From assembly GCA_050951325.1 (NCBI GenBank), contig JBMNIW010000009.1, positions 19,675 to 83,674 on the forward strand: 64,000 nt of DNA, given 5' to 3'. Positions within the stretch are counted from its first letter, which is position 1; every line of letters begins with the position of its first letter. The notes beneath the pieces were generated by a model, which saw only the letters and a list, made by a program, of their open reading frames with translations, was not told the DNA's origin and searched no databases. Below, piece after piece: positions 53,610-62,887 of this stretch. Position numbers and translations under genes: made by a program. This stretch comes from Clostridia bacterium (GTDB lineage Bacteria > Bacillota > Clostridia > UBA1212 > DUPL01).

Positions 53610-54395
53610 TTGATATTAGCAATCGACATAGGTAACACAAATCTGGTCTTAGGCGCATTTGAGGAAGATAAACTCAAGTTTGTAGCGCGCATATCTTCAG
53701 ATACAAACAGAACTGAAGACGAAATGGCCGTAATTATCAAGTCTGTACTTGAAAACCACGGCGCATACAGCTCTGACATCTCAGGCACAATCATATCTTC
53801 CGTGGTTCCATCTCTTACTCAAACCAGTTCAAAAGCAATAAAGCTGCTGACGGGAGAATACCCTTTTGTGGTTGAACCAGGAATTAGAACAGGTATCAAT
53901 ATCCTTATTGACAACCCTGCACAACTGGGCAGCGACCTGCTTGTGGATTCCGTAGCAGCAGCCAATCTGTACCCAAAGCCTGTTATTATTGTGGATATGG
54001 GCACTGCTACAACCTTCAGTGTGGTTGATGAGGATAACTGTATGATTGGTGGAGCAATTATGCCTGGCGTAAGAATTTCAGTTAATGCATTGTCAGAAAG
54101 AACCGCACAACTGCCCCATATAAACATTGAGGCACCCAAAAAGGCAATTGGTACAAACACAATTGACTGCATGAGGTCGGGAGTTGTTTTTGGTGCAGCT
54201 GCCATGATTGACGGCATGATTGACAGGTTTGAGGAAGAGCTTGGTAAAGAGTGTTTCGTTGTCGCCACCGGCGGTTTGGCAGAAGAAGTCTGCAAACATA
54301 CGAAACGCAAAATTGAGTACAACAAAAACCTGATTCTTGAGGGTCTGTTCATCCTCTATCACAAGAATTTAAAGAATTTTAAAAGCAAAAAGTAA
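53610..54395 (+). CDS. coaX: Type III pantothenate kinase
   Basis: TTG start with an AAGGAGGG SD. It has ASKHA motifs (ILAIDIGNTNLVLG, IIVDMGTATT, VVATGGLA). Confidence 0.93.
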   Translation: MILAIDIGNTNLVLGAFEEDKLKFVARISSDTNRTEDEMAVIIKSVLENHGAYSSDISGTIISSVVPSLTQTSSKAIKLLTGEYPFVVEPGIRTGINILIDNPAQLGSDLLVDSVAAANLYPKPVIIVDMGTATTFSVVDEDNCMIGGAIMPGVRISVNALSERTAQLPHINIEAPKKAIGTNTIDCMRSGVVFGAAAMIDGMIDRFEEELGKECFVVATGGLAEEVCKHTKRKIEYNKNLILEGLFILYHKNLKNFKSKK

Positions 54396-54479
54396 TAACA
54401 ATACGCTGTATAAAATACAGCTCCCATATTAACATATACGCTGTATTTACATAATAAAACAGCAGTTAGGAGGAAAACT

Positions 54480-55235
54480 ATGAAATTATCAATGATGGAA
54501 AGACAAAAGCGCACACTTTTTTTGGTGCTATTTGCTGTAATATTGGCAATTGAAGCGATTGTATGCTTCACGCCACTAGGATCTTTACCCGCTTTAGGTC
54601 CCATCGTGGCTACTCTTGCAATGATTCCTGTCACTATTGCCGGTATACTTATGGGCCCTATTGCAGGTGCATTAATGGGATTTTTCGCAGGAACATTCAG
54701 TTTTATTGTCTGGACATTCATGCCCCCACCATTAAGCATTGCATTTGCTTTTGTGTTTACACCTTTCAACCTCGTAGGTGAAAATGCAGGAAGCATATGG
54801 AGTCTTGTTATTTGCTTTGTACCCAGAATTATGACTGGTTTGATGGCAGGTTTTCTATACACGATATTCAGGAAACGCAAACTCTTTACAAAAAGTCCAT
54901 TCCTGCTCAACTTCCTTAGCGGTTTTTTTGCAAGTCTGGTCAATACCTTTGGAGTTCTCTCGGGAATATTCCTGTTCTTCAGACAGCCATATGCATCCGT
55001 ACTTGAAAAAACTTATGCACTATTATTAATCACTCTGTTAACTACAGTCCTCACGAGCGGTATTCCCGAAGCGGTTCTTGCAGGTCTTGCATCCCATGCG
55101 GTATGCCATCCTACCAAGAAACACATTTTCAAGGGTGATGTAAGCGTTTTCTCTGCAAATACGGAATACACGGTTTCGGTTGTAGCAATAACCTTGACAA
55201 TTGTTCTTTATGTAGTTGGAGCGATATTAAACTAA
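54480..55235 (+). CDS. ECF transporter S component (possibly pantothenate-specific, from context)
   Basis: 251 aa with about 6 TM helices in the typical S-component layout. An AGGAGG SD precedes it. It lies directly downstream of coaX. Confidence 0.6.
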   Translation: MKLSMMERQKRTLFLVLFAVILAIEAIVCFTPLGSLPALGPIVATLAMIPVTIAGILMGPIAGALMGFFAGTFSFIVWTFMPPPLSIAFAFVFTPFNLVGENAGSIWSLVICFVPRIMTGLMAGFLYTIFRKRKLFTKSPFLLNFLSGFFASLVNTFGVLSGIFLFFRQPYASVLEKTYALLLITLLTTVLTSGIPEAVLAGLASHAVCHPTKKHIFKGDVSVFSANTEYTVSVVAITLTIVLYVVGAILN

Positions 55236-55262
55236 AGGAAAGTAGTCCCTCCTTAATATATG

Positions 55263-55290
55263 AAAAAAGAAGGCCATGCCTTCTTTTTTT
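55263..55290. terminator. Bidirectional rho-independent terminator
   Basis: The hairpin AGAAGGC-cat-GCCTTCT (55268-55284) has an A-run upstream and a T6 run downstream. Confidence 0.75.
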
Positions 55291-55354
55291 ATGTTTCTGC
55301 CATTCTTCTTTTTATTGCCTACTTCTTTGAAACACTGTTAGAAAACCATCATGT

Positions 55355-56173
55355 CTACTCCACATCAAAGTCAAAGTATGTGTCAGGATATGGTTCATTA
55401 TCCAACCTAAAGTGCCACCATTCGCCATTTGAAGGAATAAATCCACATTCCACCATTACCTCTCTTAAAAGTTTTCTGTTTTCTCTTTGGATATCGGTTA
55501 TCTTTGAGTTTTCATAATATGAGAGACTGTCAAACAAATCAAAATATCCTCCCATATCTACCTCTTTACCTTCTAGATCAAGAAGAGACATATCAACAGT
55601 ACTTCCTCTGGAGTGACCTGATTTTGATGATATAAAGTTGCCAATAAGGTAGGATTTATGCAAATTAGGATAATATATTTCTTTCATCCTTGTGTCGCTT
55701 TCGTCTTCAGACCACCTGACAAAATGCTCAACAGCCTTTTGAGGTCTGTATGCATCATATATAGTTACAATATATCCTTTTTGATAGAAAATCTCGCAGG
55801 CCTTTTTCAATGCTTCTGCCGCTTCTACTGTAAGAATTGCAACAGGAGCATTGTAGCCATCAATCCTGCTTCCTATAAAATTCTTATCAGTGTAATACCT
55901 AACATCCAGATGTATATAAGGAATTACATCCTTTACATACACAAAACCTTCAGGCAGCCTGGGTTCTGGAGTTGCTTCTGGAGTTGGAGTCGGACTTAAT
56001 GTAGGTTCCAATGTCGGTTCAGGTGTTTCTGTAGAGGTGGCGTACGGACTTGAAGTATGAATCGTCTGTGTAGGGGCAGATTGATGTTCCCTGTCCTCTT
56101 CAAGTTTCATAATCAGGATAATACATAGTATTAAGAATAATATGACTAATAAAATACCAAGCTTTTTATTCAT
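55355..56173 (-). CDS. Membrane-anchored M15 D-alanyl-D-alanine dipeptidase (VanX/DdpX-like)
   Basis: I chose the start MNKKLGILLV at 56173. A TM anchor and a Pro/Thr/Glu linker are followed by VanX motifs (YDAYRPQKAV, SGHSRGSTVD, EWWHF). Confidence 0.82.
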   Translation of the reverse strand: MNKKLGILLVILFLILCIILIMKLEEDREHQSAPTQTIHTSSPYATSTETPEPTLEPTLSPTPTPEATPEPRLPEGFVYVKDVIPYIHLDVRYYTDKNFIGSRIDGYNAPVAILTVEAAEALKKACEIFYQKGYIVTIYDAYRPQKAVEHFVRWSEDESDTRMKEIYYPNLHKSYLIGNFISSKSGHSRGSTVDMSLLDLEGKEVDMGGYFDLFDSLSYYENSKITDIQRENRKLLREVMVECGFIPSNGEWWHFRLDNEPYPDTYFDFDVE

Positions 56174-56183
56174 ACCTTGTCCT

Positions 56184-57566
56184 TCATCTTGCATGCTTTT
56201 TGTTATGCAAAAGCTGCGGAGCCACCCAGCTATGATTATTCCTCATAACCAGCCAGTCTTCATCCTTTGCAAGCGTTTCATAAAGTCTCTTTCTAAGATC
56301 TGACAATATGTCAATTTCCACTTCGTTTACGAGATTCCTCGTTTCACCTGGATCATTCTCAAGATCATACACTTCATCAATATCCGTTGGATTCCACACA
56401 TATTTCCACCTGTCTGTCTTGATTGACCTTTGGCAAAACAGACCGAACTGTTGCCCGTTATACGAGCTTACAGCTTCCTGCCTCCAGTCTTTTGGAATCC
56501 CTTCATCCATTATTATTGGACGAAGGCTTCTTCCATGTAGTGTGGCATCTTCAGGTTTTCCTATACTGCATACATCAAGAATTGTTGGAACAAGGTCAAG
56601 AAAATGCACGGTATACGCATCAGTCTTTATACCACCAGGTATTCTTCCCGGCCACCTCATTACAAACGGTACATGTGTTACATCCTCATACATGACATAG
56701 TGCTTATCAAACATGCCGTGAGAGCCGCACATATCTCCATGATCTGACGTGTACACTACTAGAGTATCCTCATAATTTCCCGTCTCCGCAAGCTTGTCAA
56801 GAATCATGCCCACCACACTGTCAACCTGACTTACAAAGGCATGGTACTTTGCAACTATCGGAGCCCAGTAATCCCAACCTTTGTTTTCATTACCCCAGTT
56901 TAGAATCTGCTGGGTCTGTATATAGGGTTTGTTTTTCAAGTCATCGTAAAAACCGTCCCAGGGTTTCATATCTTCCGGGCGATACATTTCTGCAAATTCA
57001 TTTACAGGCGCATAATATGGATGAGGTTCTGAAAAATTAACAGACATGTGCCAAGGCTTGTTTGCCTTGCTCAGTCTTTCTATCTCTTCACAAACTTTTT
57101 CACCTAGTTTGTAAGTATCGCTTTCATTAAATGGCTTGTCTATTACTTCCCCTTCCTGACTCCTTGCACTGTAAGTTCTGATACTGGGAATATAGTTATC
57201 AAAACCGAAACTTGCAGGTCCTGCATGCTGGCAAATGTCCCATACTCCTACAAAGGTATTGTTGTATCCATTTTCTTTTAGAAGTCTTGCATAAGAAAAA
57301 TCCTCCGGTTCAAGACATCCAACGGGAAGAGTAATATTGTAATTCCACAAGGCACCAAAAGTCTCCGGCCTTCGTCCTGCAATTAGACTCTGTCTTGCAG
57401 GACAGCAAACCGGAGATGTGGTGTATGCATTATTAAACCATATTCCCTCTTCGCACAATTTATCAATATTGGGCGTTTTAATGCCATTTTTGTTTCTGTT
57501 ACTGTATCCAACACAGTCATACCTGTGCTGGTCTGCAATGAGGAATAGAATATTTGGTCTCTTCAT
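56184..57566 (-). CDS. Cys-type sulfatase (formylglycine-dependent), cytoplasmic
   Basis: It carries LFLIADQHRYD, the CxPxR signature in SPVCCPARQSLIAGR, and SDHGDMCGSHG. There is no signal peptide. Confidence 0.85.
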   Translation of the reverse strand: MKRPNILFLIADQHRYDCVGYSNRNKNGIKTPNIDKLCEEGIWFNNAYTTSPVCCPARQSLIAGRRPETFGALWNYNITLPVGCLEPEDFSYARLLKENGYNNTFVGVWDICQHAGPASFGFDNYIPSIRTYSARSQEGEVIDKPFNESDTYKLGEKVCEEIERLSKANKPWHMSVNFSEPHPYYAPVNEFAEMYRPEDMKPWDGFYDDLKNKPYIQTQQILNWGNENKGWDYWAPIVAKYHAFVSQVDSVVGMILDKLAETGNYEDTLVVYTSDHGDMCGSHGMFDKHYVMYEDVTHVPFVMRWPGRIPGGIKTDAYTVHFLDLVPTILDVCSIGKPEDATLHGRSLRPIIMDEGIPKDWRQEAVSSYNGQQFGLFCQRSIKTDRWKYVWNPTDIDEVYDLENDPGETRNLVNEVEIDILSDLRKRLYETLAKDEDWLVMRNNHSWVAPQLLHNKKHAR

Positions 57567-58831
57567 AGCTCACCTTCTATAATCTTTACGCCATATTTCT
57601 CAGCTATTTTGATTATCTTGTCCATTTCACTCTTGTCAAAATCTGTTGTTAGATAAATATTAGGCAGATTTGGTGCTCTTCTAATCGCTTCCTCATAACC
57701 CTCTGCATTGTTGCACGCAATAATTACTTCCTTCTTCAAAATCCGCTGCAAGACAGCTACTGCATTGGCCATGTTCTTCCCATCATTTCCATAGATGCAG
57801 ACCAAGTCATTTTCATCATCATCTGAAATGTCATAAGCCAAATCATAAAGGGAATCCTCATCCCATTCCTTGTGGTAGCATACCATTGGGTTCTTGTATA
57901 CCACTTTCTCCTCCACATATTCAGCTCTCTTTATTGGAAGAATACCCTTTTCCTGCTCTTCTGAAAGCACTCTTATCATCTCCTGGATATGTAAGGGCGT
58001 GGTTCCGCAGCATCCTCCAATAATCTGTGCCCCGGCCTTTGCAAGTGCGAGACACTCATTGGCAAACTCTTCAGGACTTTGCTCAAACACTATCTGTCCA
58101 TCCACATTCTTTGGAAGCCCGCAGTTGGGCTTTGCCAGTATTGGAAGATTGGTGCTCCTTGCCATTCTCTCAATTATTGGCATCATTTTTTCAGCACCAA
58201 AACTGCAGTTTGCACCTAATGCGTTAACACCGAGTTTGCTTAACAGCTTGGCACATTCTTCAGGTGTGTTGCCCATTAAGGTCCTTCCGTTTTCCTCAAA
58301 CGCCACGGTTGCATATATTGTAAGCTTTGTTTCCCTCTGCTCACTTAAGTCTTTCAAAGCCAAAACCGCAACCTTCATCTCATAAAGGTCCGTAAAGGTT
58401 TCAAGATGAAAAATTCTTGCACCAGCGGAAAAAGCGTAATCAGCCATTGTGTAAAAAAGGCTGTATGCCTCATCAAAATCCATGTCTCCCGCAGGTTTCA
58501 TCAGTTTGCCTATTGACCCTATCGAAAAGACCACATTGCAGCCTTCCCTTTCGGAGGCTGCCTTGGATGCCAACTCAAACGCTTTGGTTATGATTTCCTT
58601 CTGCCTGTTTGCAAGATTGTTAAGCGTGAGGGTGTGGCCATTGGCTCCAAAAGTGTTTGTTTGAATAAAATCACAACCTACATCCACATACGATTTTGCA
58701 AGCTCATAGACCACATCCGGATAAGTAAGTACCAGAGCCTCTGGAAAGTCTTTAAAACCAGATTGAATAAACATGGTTCCTTTGGAACCATCGTAGAAGT
58801 ATATTCTGTCATCTAAAAGCACAACAGCCAC
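57563..58831 (-). CDS. Homocysteine S-methyltransferase domain protein with C-terminal extension
   Basis: The Hcy-binding domain has YDGSKGTM, FIQTNTFGAN and the zinc ligands GANCSFG and GGCCGTTP. A domain of about 130 aa of unknown function follows. The start is GTG (58831, or 58822). Confidence 0.8.
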   Translation of the reverse strand: MAVVLLDDRIYFYDGSKGTMFIQSGFKDFPEALVLTYPDVVYELAKSYVDVGCDFIQTNTFGANGHTLTLNNLANRQKEIITKAFELASKAASEREGCNVVFSIGSIGKLMKPAGDMDFDEAYSLFYTMADYAFSAGARIFHLETFTDLYEMKVAVLALKDLSEQRETKLTIYATVAFEENGRTLMGNTPEECAKLLSKLGVNALGANCSFGAEKMMPIIERMARSTNLPILAKPNCGLPKNVDGQIVFEQSPEEFANECLALAKAGAQIIGGCCGTTPLHIQEMIRVLSEEQEKGILPIKRAEYVEEKVVYKNPMVCYHKEWDEDSLYDLAYDISDDDENDLVCIYGNDGKNMANAVAVLQRILKKEVIIACNNAEGYEEAIRRAPNLPNIYLTTDFDKSEMDKIIKIAEKYGVKIIEGEL

Positions 58832-58841
58832 CTCTCTTGAA

Positions 58842-59186
58842 CTATACTATTTTGGCTCCCATCTTTCCACCAGCCAGTATATGGTAGTGAAGATGGGGAA
58901 CTGTCTGCAGTGCATCCTTGCCGCAGTTGTTTATTACACGGAAGCCGTTTTCAGTTATGCCCAGCTCCCTTGCAATATTGGCAATTGCCAGTTGTATACC
59001 TCCCACAAACTCCTTGTCCTCTTCCTTAAACTCCAAAATGCTGGCAACATGCCTTTTAGCCGCCACAACTATGTGTACTGGCATTTGAGGACTGATGTCG
59101 TGGAATGCAACACAATATTCATCTTCGTACACCTTTTTTGCAGGTGCCTCTCCATTAATTATCTTGCAAAAGATACAATCTGCCAT
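58842..59186 (-). CDS. HIT family (histidine triad) protein
   Basis: 114 aa, with CIFCKI and the triad HLHYHIL. Confidence 0.9.
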   Translation of the reverse strand: MADCIFCKIINGEAPAKKVYEDEYCVAFHDISPQMPVHIVVAAKRHVASILEFKEEDKEFVGGIQLAIANIARELGITENGFRVINNCGKDALQTVPHLHYHILAGGKMGAKIV

Positions 59187-59201
59187 AACAATCCCTCCTG
59201 A

Positions 59202-61850
59202 TTAATTAAGCTGTTTCCTGAATATATCTTCAACACTGGCAAGCATTTTATCAATAGCGCTTGCATCCTTGCCGCCAGCCTGAGCCATATCCTTGCGTCC
59301 TCCGCCTCCACCCTTGCACATGGAAGCTGCTTCTTTTACTATTCTACCACAATCTACACCTTTTTGTACTGCTGATTTGGTAGCTGCACAAACAATGCTA
59401 ACCTTGTCATCAAGGCCGGAGGCAAGCAGAACAAAGCCCGCATCCATTTTGTCTCTCAAATTGTCAGCAAGCTCCCTCAAGGAGTTTGCATCAAGCATGT
59501 CAAATCTACCGGTCGCAACGGTTATACCGTTTATATCCTTTGCATTCTTAAGAACATCATCGCTGGAACCAAGAGCTATTTTCTTCTTGAGTTCACTAAT
59601 TTCCCTGGACAAAACCTTATTTTCCTCAACAAGGCTTTCCACCTTTGCATAAGTGTCATGTACCGCAGTCTTCAAAGTACCCGAAATATTCTCAAGGATA
59701 TTCAAATTATTTACAAGATACTCTCTAGCACCGCTTCCAGTATATACTTCAATTCTTCTTATACCTGCTGCAACAGCGCCTTCATGAACAATTTTAGCAA
59801 GACCTATGCTTGAAGTGTACTTTACATGGGTTCCTCCACAAAGCTCTTTTGAAAAATCACCCATGCTTACAACCCTTACACTATCGCCGTACTTTTCATC
59901 GAACAAGGCTTCAGCACCGGACTTCATTGCCTCGTCCATGGACATTATATCGGTTTTAACCTCCATGCCTTTATCGATATGGCTGTTAACTATATCTTCT
60001 ATCATCTGAAGTTCTTCTTTGGTAAGAGCCTTCATATGGTTGAAGTCAAACCTGAGTCTCTTGGCATTGACACTGGAACCTGCCTGATGCACATGTTCTC
60101 CCAATACCATCTTTAACGCCTTGTGAAGAAGATGCGTGCAGCTGTGATTCCTTTCAGTAGCCCTTCTGTTTGTCACATCCACCTTGAGCTGGCTTCCCTG
60201 ACCCTTTGTAACAACGCCATCCTCAACAACACCGATATGCCTCCATCTGTCGTCGGTCTTGACAGTATCCAGAACTTTCACCAATCCTGTTTCTGTGGAT
60301 ATGACACCAATATCTCCTTCCTGTCCACCGCTTTCAGCATAAAATGGAGTCTTCTCAGTCAAGATTATAACGCTCATGCCGCTGTCTGCCTGCTCAACTT
60401 CTTCCATGCCTTCATCAGACTTTGCAAAAATGGCGAGTATGTTGGATGTGCATTCATCCACGTCATATCCTACAAACTCTGTCTTTGGGTATTTGCTTAA
60501 AGCTTTAGCATCTCCCATCTGCCAAGAGCTTTCTCTGTTCATTATAGCGGCTCTTGCCTTCTCCTTTTGAGCCTCCATTTCCTTTCTAAAACCGTCCACG
60601 TCTACGTCAAAACCATGTTCTGACATAATATCCTGTGTGAGAGACAAAGGAAATCCATAAGTGTCATGCAGCTTGAAGGCGGTTTCTCCACTTAAAGGAG
60701 ACTTGTCATTTTGCTCATTCTTCTCATTTATTATTTCTTCAAGCATGGAAAGGCCCTGATTGATGGTGCTTGCAAATCTATCTTCCTCTGCCTGAATTAT
60801 CTGCTTGATATATTTTCTATTGGTCTCAAGTTCTGGATAGGCTTCCTTGGACTCGTCCACAACTGTATCAGCCAAATTGCATAGGAAGATGCCTTCTATA
60901 CCCAGCATGCGTCCATGACGGGCAGCACCTCTTAAAAGCCTTCTAAGCACATATCCTCTGCCTTCGTTTGAAGGAATAACACCATCGGACACCATCATTA
61001 CAGTGCTTCTAATGTGATCGGTGATAACTCTTATGGAAACATCGGTCTTGTAGTCCTTTCCATACTCCTTGCCTGCCATTTTACAGACCGTATCCAGTAT
61101 TCTTCTTACTGTATCAACTTCAAACAGGTTGTCTACACCCTGCATTACGCATGCAAGCCTTTCAAGTCCCATTCCCGTGTCAATATTGGGATTTGGAAGC
61201 TTTTCATACGTTCCGTCAACCTGCTTGTCAAACTGGGTGAATACAAGATTCCAAATTTCAATATATCTATCACAGTCACATCCTACCGTGCAGTCCACTT
61301 TACCACATCCATACTTTTCTCCACGGTCAAAATGTATTTCAGAGCATGGACCGCATGGACCTGTTCCCAACTCCCAGAAGTTTGAGTCTTTATCAAGACG
61401 GACAACCTTCTCTTCAGGAAGTCCTATTTCCTTTGTCCAAATGTCGTAAGCTTCGTCATCCTCAAGATAAACGGACGCATAAAGTTTCTCTTTGGGAATT
61501 TCCAATACTTCAGTTAGAAACTCCCATGCCCAGTTTATTGCTTCTTTTTTGAAATAGTCGCCAAAAGAGAAGTTGCCAAGCATCTCAAAGAAAGTTCCAT
61601 GTCTAGCAGTTTTTCCCACATTGTCTATATCAGGAGTTCTTATGCACTTCTGACATGTGGTTATTCTTTTTGATGGTGGAGTTTCTATCCCCATAAAGTA
61701 GTTTTTGAGCGGTGCCATTCCCGCATTTATTAATAAAAGGCTTGGGTCATTCTTTGGTATAAGTGAAAAGCTAGGTAATCTTAAATGCTCCTTGCTTTCA
61801 AAAAATGATAAATATTTTTCTCTCAACTCGTTTAATCCATAATTCTTCAT
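59202..61850 (-). CDS. alaS: Alanine--tRNA ligase
   Basis: 882 aa. It carries FFEMLGNFSFGDYFK, an editing-domain HxxxH (HSCTHLLH) and a C-terminal DHHA1 GGGG motif. Confidence 0.97.
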   Translation of the reverse strand: MKNYGLNELREKYLSFFESKEHLRLPSFSLIPKNDPSLLLINAGMAPLKNYFMGIETPPSKRITTCQKCIRTPDIDNVGKTARHGTFFEMLGNFSFGDYFKKEAINWAWEFLTEVLEIPKEKLYASVYLEDDEAYDIWTKEIGLPEEKVVRLDKDSNFWELGTGPCGPCSEIHFDRGEKYGCGKVDCTVGCDCDRYIEIWNLVFTQFDKQVDGTYEKLPNPNIDTGMGLERLACVMQGVDNLFEVDTVRRILDTVCKMAGKEYGKDYKTDVSIRVITDHIRSTVMMVSDGVIPSNEGRGYVLRRLLRGAARHGRMLGIEGIFLCNLADTVVDESKEAYPELETNRKYIKQIIQAEEDRFASTINQGLSMLEEIINEKNEQNDKSPLSGETAFKLHDTYGFPLSLTQDIMSEHGFDVDVDGFRKEMEAQKEKARAAIMNRESSWQMGDAKALSKYPKTEFVGYDVDECTSNILAIFAKSDEGMEEVEQADSGMSVIILTEKTPFYAESGGQEGDIGVISTETGLVKVLDTVKTDDRWRHIGVVEDGVVTKGQGSQLKVDVTNRRATERNHSCTHLLHKALKMVLGEHVHQAGSSVNAKRLRFDFNHMKALTKEELQMIEDIVNSHIDKGMEVKTDIMSMDEAMKSGAEALFDEKYGDSVRVVSMGDFSKELCGGTHVKYTSSIGLAKIVHEGAVAAGIRRIEVYTGSGAREYLVNNLNILENISGTLKTAVHDTYAKVESLVEENKVLSREISELKKKIALGSSDDVLKNAKDINGITVATGRFDMLDANSLRELADNLRDKMDAGFVLLASGLDDKVSIVCAATKSAVQKGVDCGRIVKEAASMCKGGGGGRKDMAQAGGKDASAIDKMLASVEDIFRKQLN

Positions 61851-61894
61851 GCTATCTGTATCTCCTTTATCTTAAGCTTTCAAGCTATTGAATA

Positions 61895-61923
61895 ATTATA
61901 TTACCACAACTTGTTTATGTCAA
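61895..61923 (-). promoter_or_regulatory. Consensus sigma-A promoter of alaS
   Basis: On the minus strand: TTGACA (61923-61918), 17 nt spacer, TATAAT (61900-61895). This leaves a leader of only about 40 nt. Confidence 0.65.
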
Positions 61924-61998
61924 TTATTGCAACGATTTTGGCAATTTCCATGGATAATATTTGAACAATTACAAATACTATTGCAGGAGGTGTTTAAA

Positions 61999-62451
61999 TT
62001 GACAATAACTTTAACTCAAAAAGAACGAATGCTGCTTGAAGATTTGAAGAGCAGTGAGGAAATCTGTGTAGTAAAGTATGCAAATTATGCAAGCCTTGCA
62101 CAGGACAAGCAATTAAAAACACTGTTTGAAAACCATGCAAAACTTGAACAGCAGCATTTAAATACGGTCAACAGCCTTTTGAGTGGACAGATTCCGCCAA
62201 TGAGTCAACAGAACAACGTACAGCAGCCGCAAGGAGACGAAAATGCGTCTCTATCAATTTCTGACAAGGAGCTCTGTACGGACATGTTGATGACGGAAAA
62301 ACATGTCTCCAGCACTTACAATACCGCCATTTTTGAATTCGCCGATAAAAGGGTGAGAGATATTCTCAACCATATCCAAAAGGAAGAGCAGCAGCACGGT
62401 GAAGCCATTTTCAAGTATATGGAGACAAAAGGCTTGTACCAGCCACAGTAA
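61999..62451 (+). CDS. Spore coat protein F-like (Coat_F / ferritin-like) protein
   Basis: I chose the TTG start at 61999 because a GGAGGTG SD lies 7 nt upstream; the ATG at 62030 is an alternative. The product is a two-helix-pair repeat with EQQH motifs (HAKLEQQHLNTV and IQKEEQQHGEAI). Confidence 0.65.
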   Translation: MTITLTQKERMLLEDLKSSEEICVVKYANYASLAQDKQLKTLFENHAKLEQQHLNTVNSLLSGQIPPMSQQNNVQQPQGDENASLSISDKELCTDMLMTEKHVSSTYNTAIFEFADKRVRDILNHIQKEEQQHGEAIFKYMETKGLYQPQ

Positions 62452-62551
62452 ATATGGGAAGGTTCTACCCTTCCCATTACATAAACTTATTGACAACCAG
62501 CAAATAAGTGTCATATTATACAATCATAAGAAATTTCAGGCAGGTGTATAT

Positions 62552-62887
62552 ATGAAACTGGTTGTTGTCGTTCTCAGTGAAGATTCAAGGCTACAGGCTC
62601 TGCTTCAAGGCTTAGTTGAAAACGGTATCAAGGGAGCCACAATTATAAGTTCCCAGGGATTGGCAAGGGCTTTGGAGGATGCCGAAGATTATTCTTTTCT
62701 TGGCTCTATTAAAGCTTTTCTTGATCCGCAGCAGTATGGCAGCACTGTCTTTTCCGTTATACAAGATAATCAGGTTGAACTGGTCTCAAAAGCCATAAAA
62801 CAGACTGTTGGCGACCTGAGTCAACCTGATATGGGTATAATGTTCACTATTCCTGTTGATTATGTGGAAGGCATTAGATTCGACTAG
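62552..62887 (+). CDS. PII-like small signal-transduction protein (DarA/PstA-like fold suspected)
   Basis: I chose the start MKLVVVVLSEDSRLQALLQGLVENGIKGATIISSQG at 62552. At 111 aa it has a beta-alpha-beta pattern and a C-terminal FTIPVDYVEG, resembling PII/DarA proteins from memory. Confidence 0.5.
   Translation: MKLVVVVLSEDSRLQALLQGLVENGIKGATIISSQGLARALEDAEDYSFLGSIKAFLDPQQYGSTVFSVIQDNQVELVSKAIKQTVGDLSQPDMGIMFTIPVDYVEGIRFD

Noticed and set aside
54359-54943. 194-aa minus-strand ORF covering the coaX end and the ECF S-component start.
   Set aside because: It crosses an intergenic region with terminator-like structure and is antisense to a membrane protein with a good SD. The hydrophobic-looking product is a mirror effect.
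61851-61998. Expected T-box leader upstream of alaS.
   Set aside because: The consensus promoter at 61895-61923 leaves a leader of about 40 nt. There is no specifier-loop/T-box sequence (AANNNGGTGGTACCGCG-like) and no terminator/antiterminator pair.
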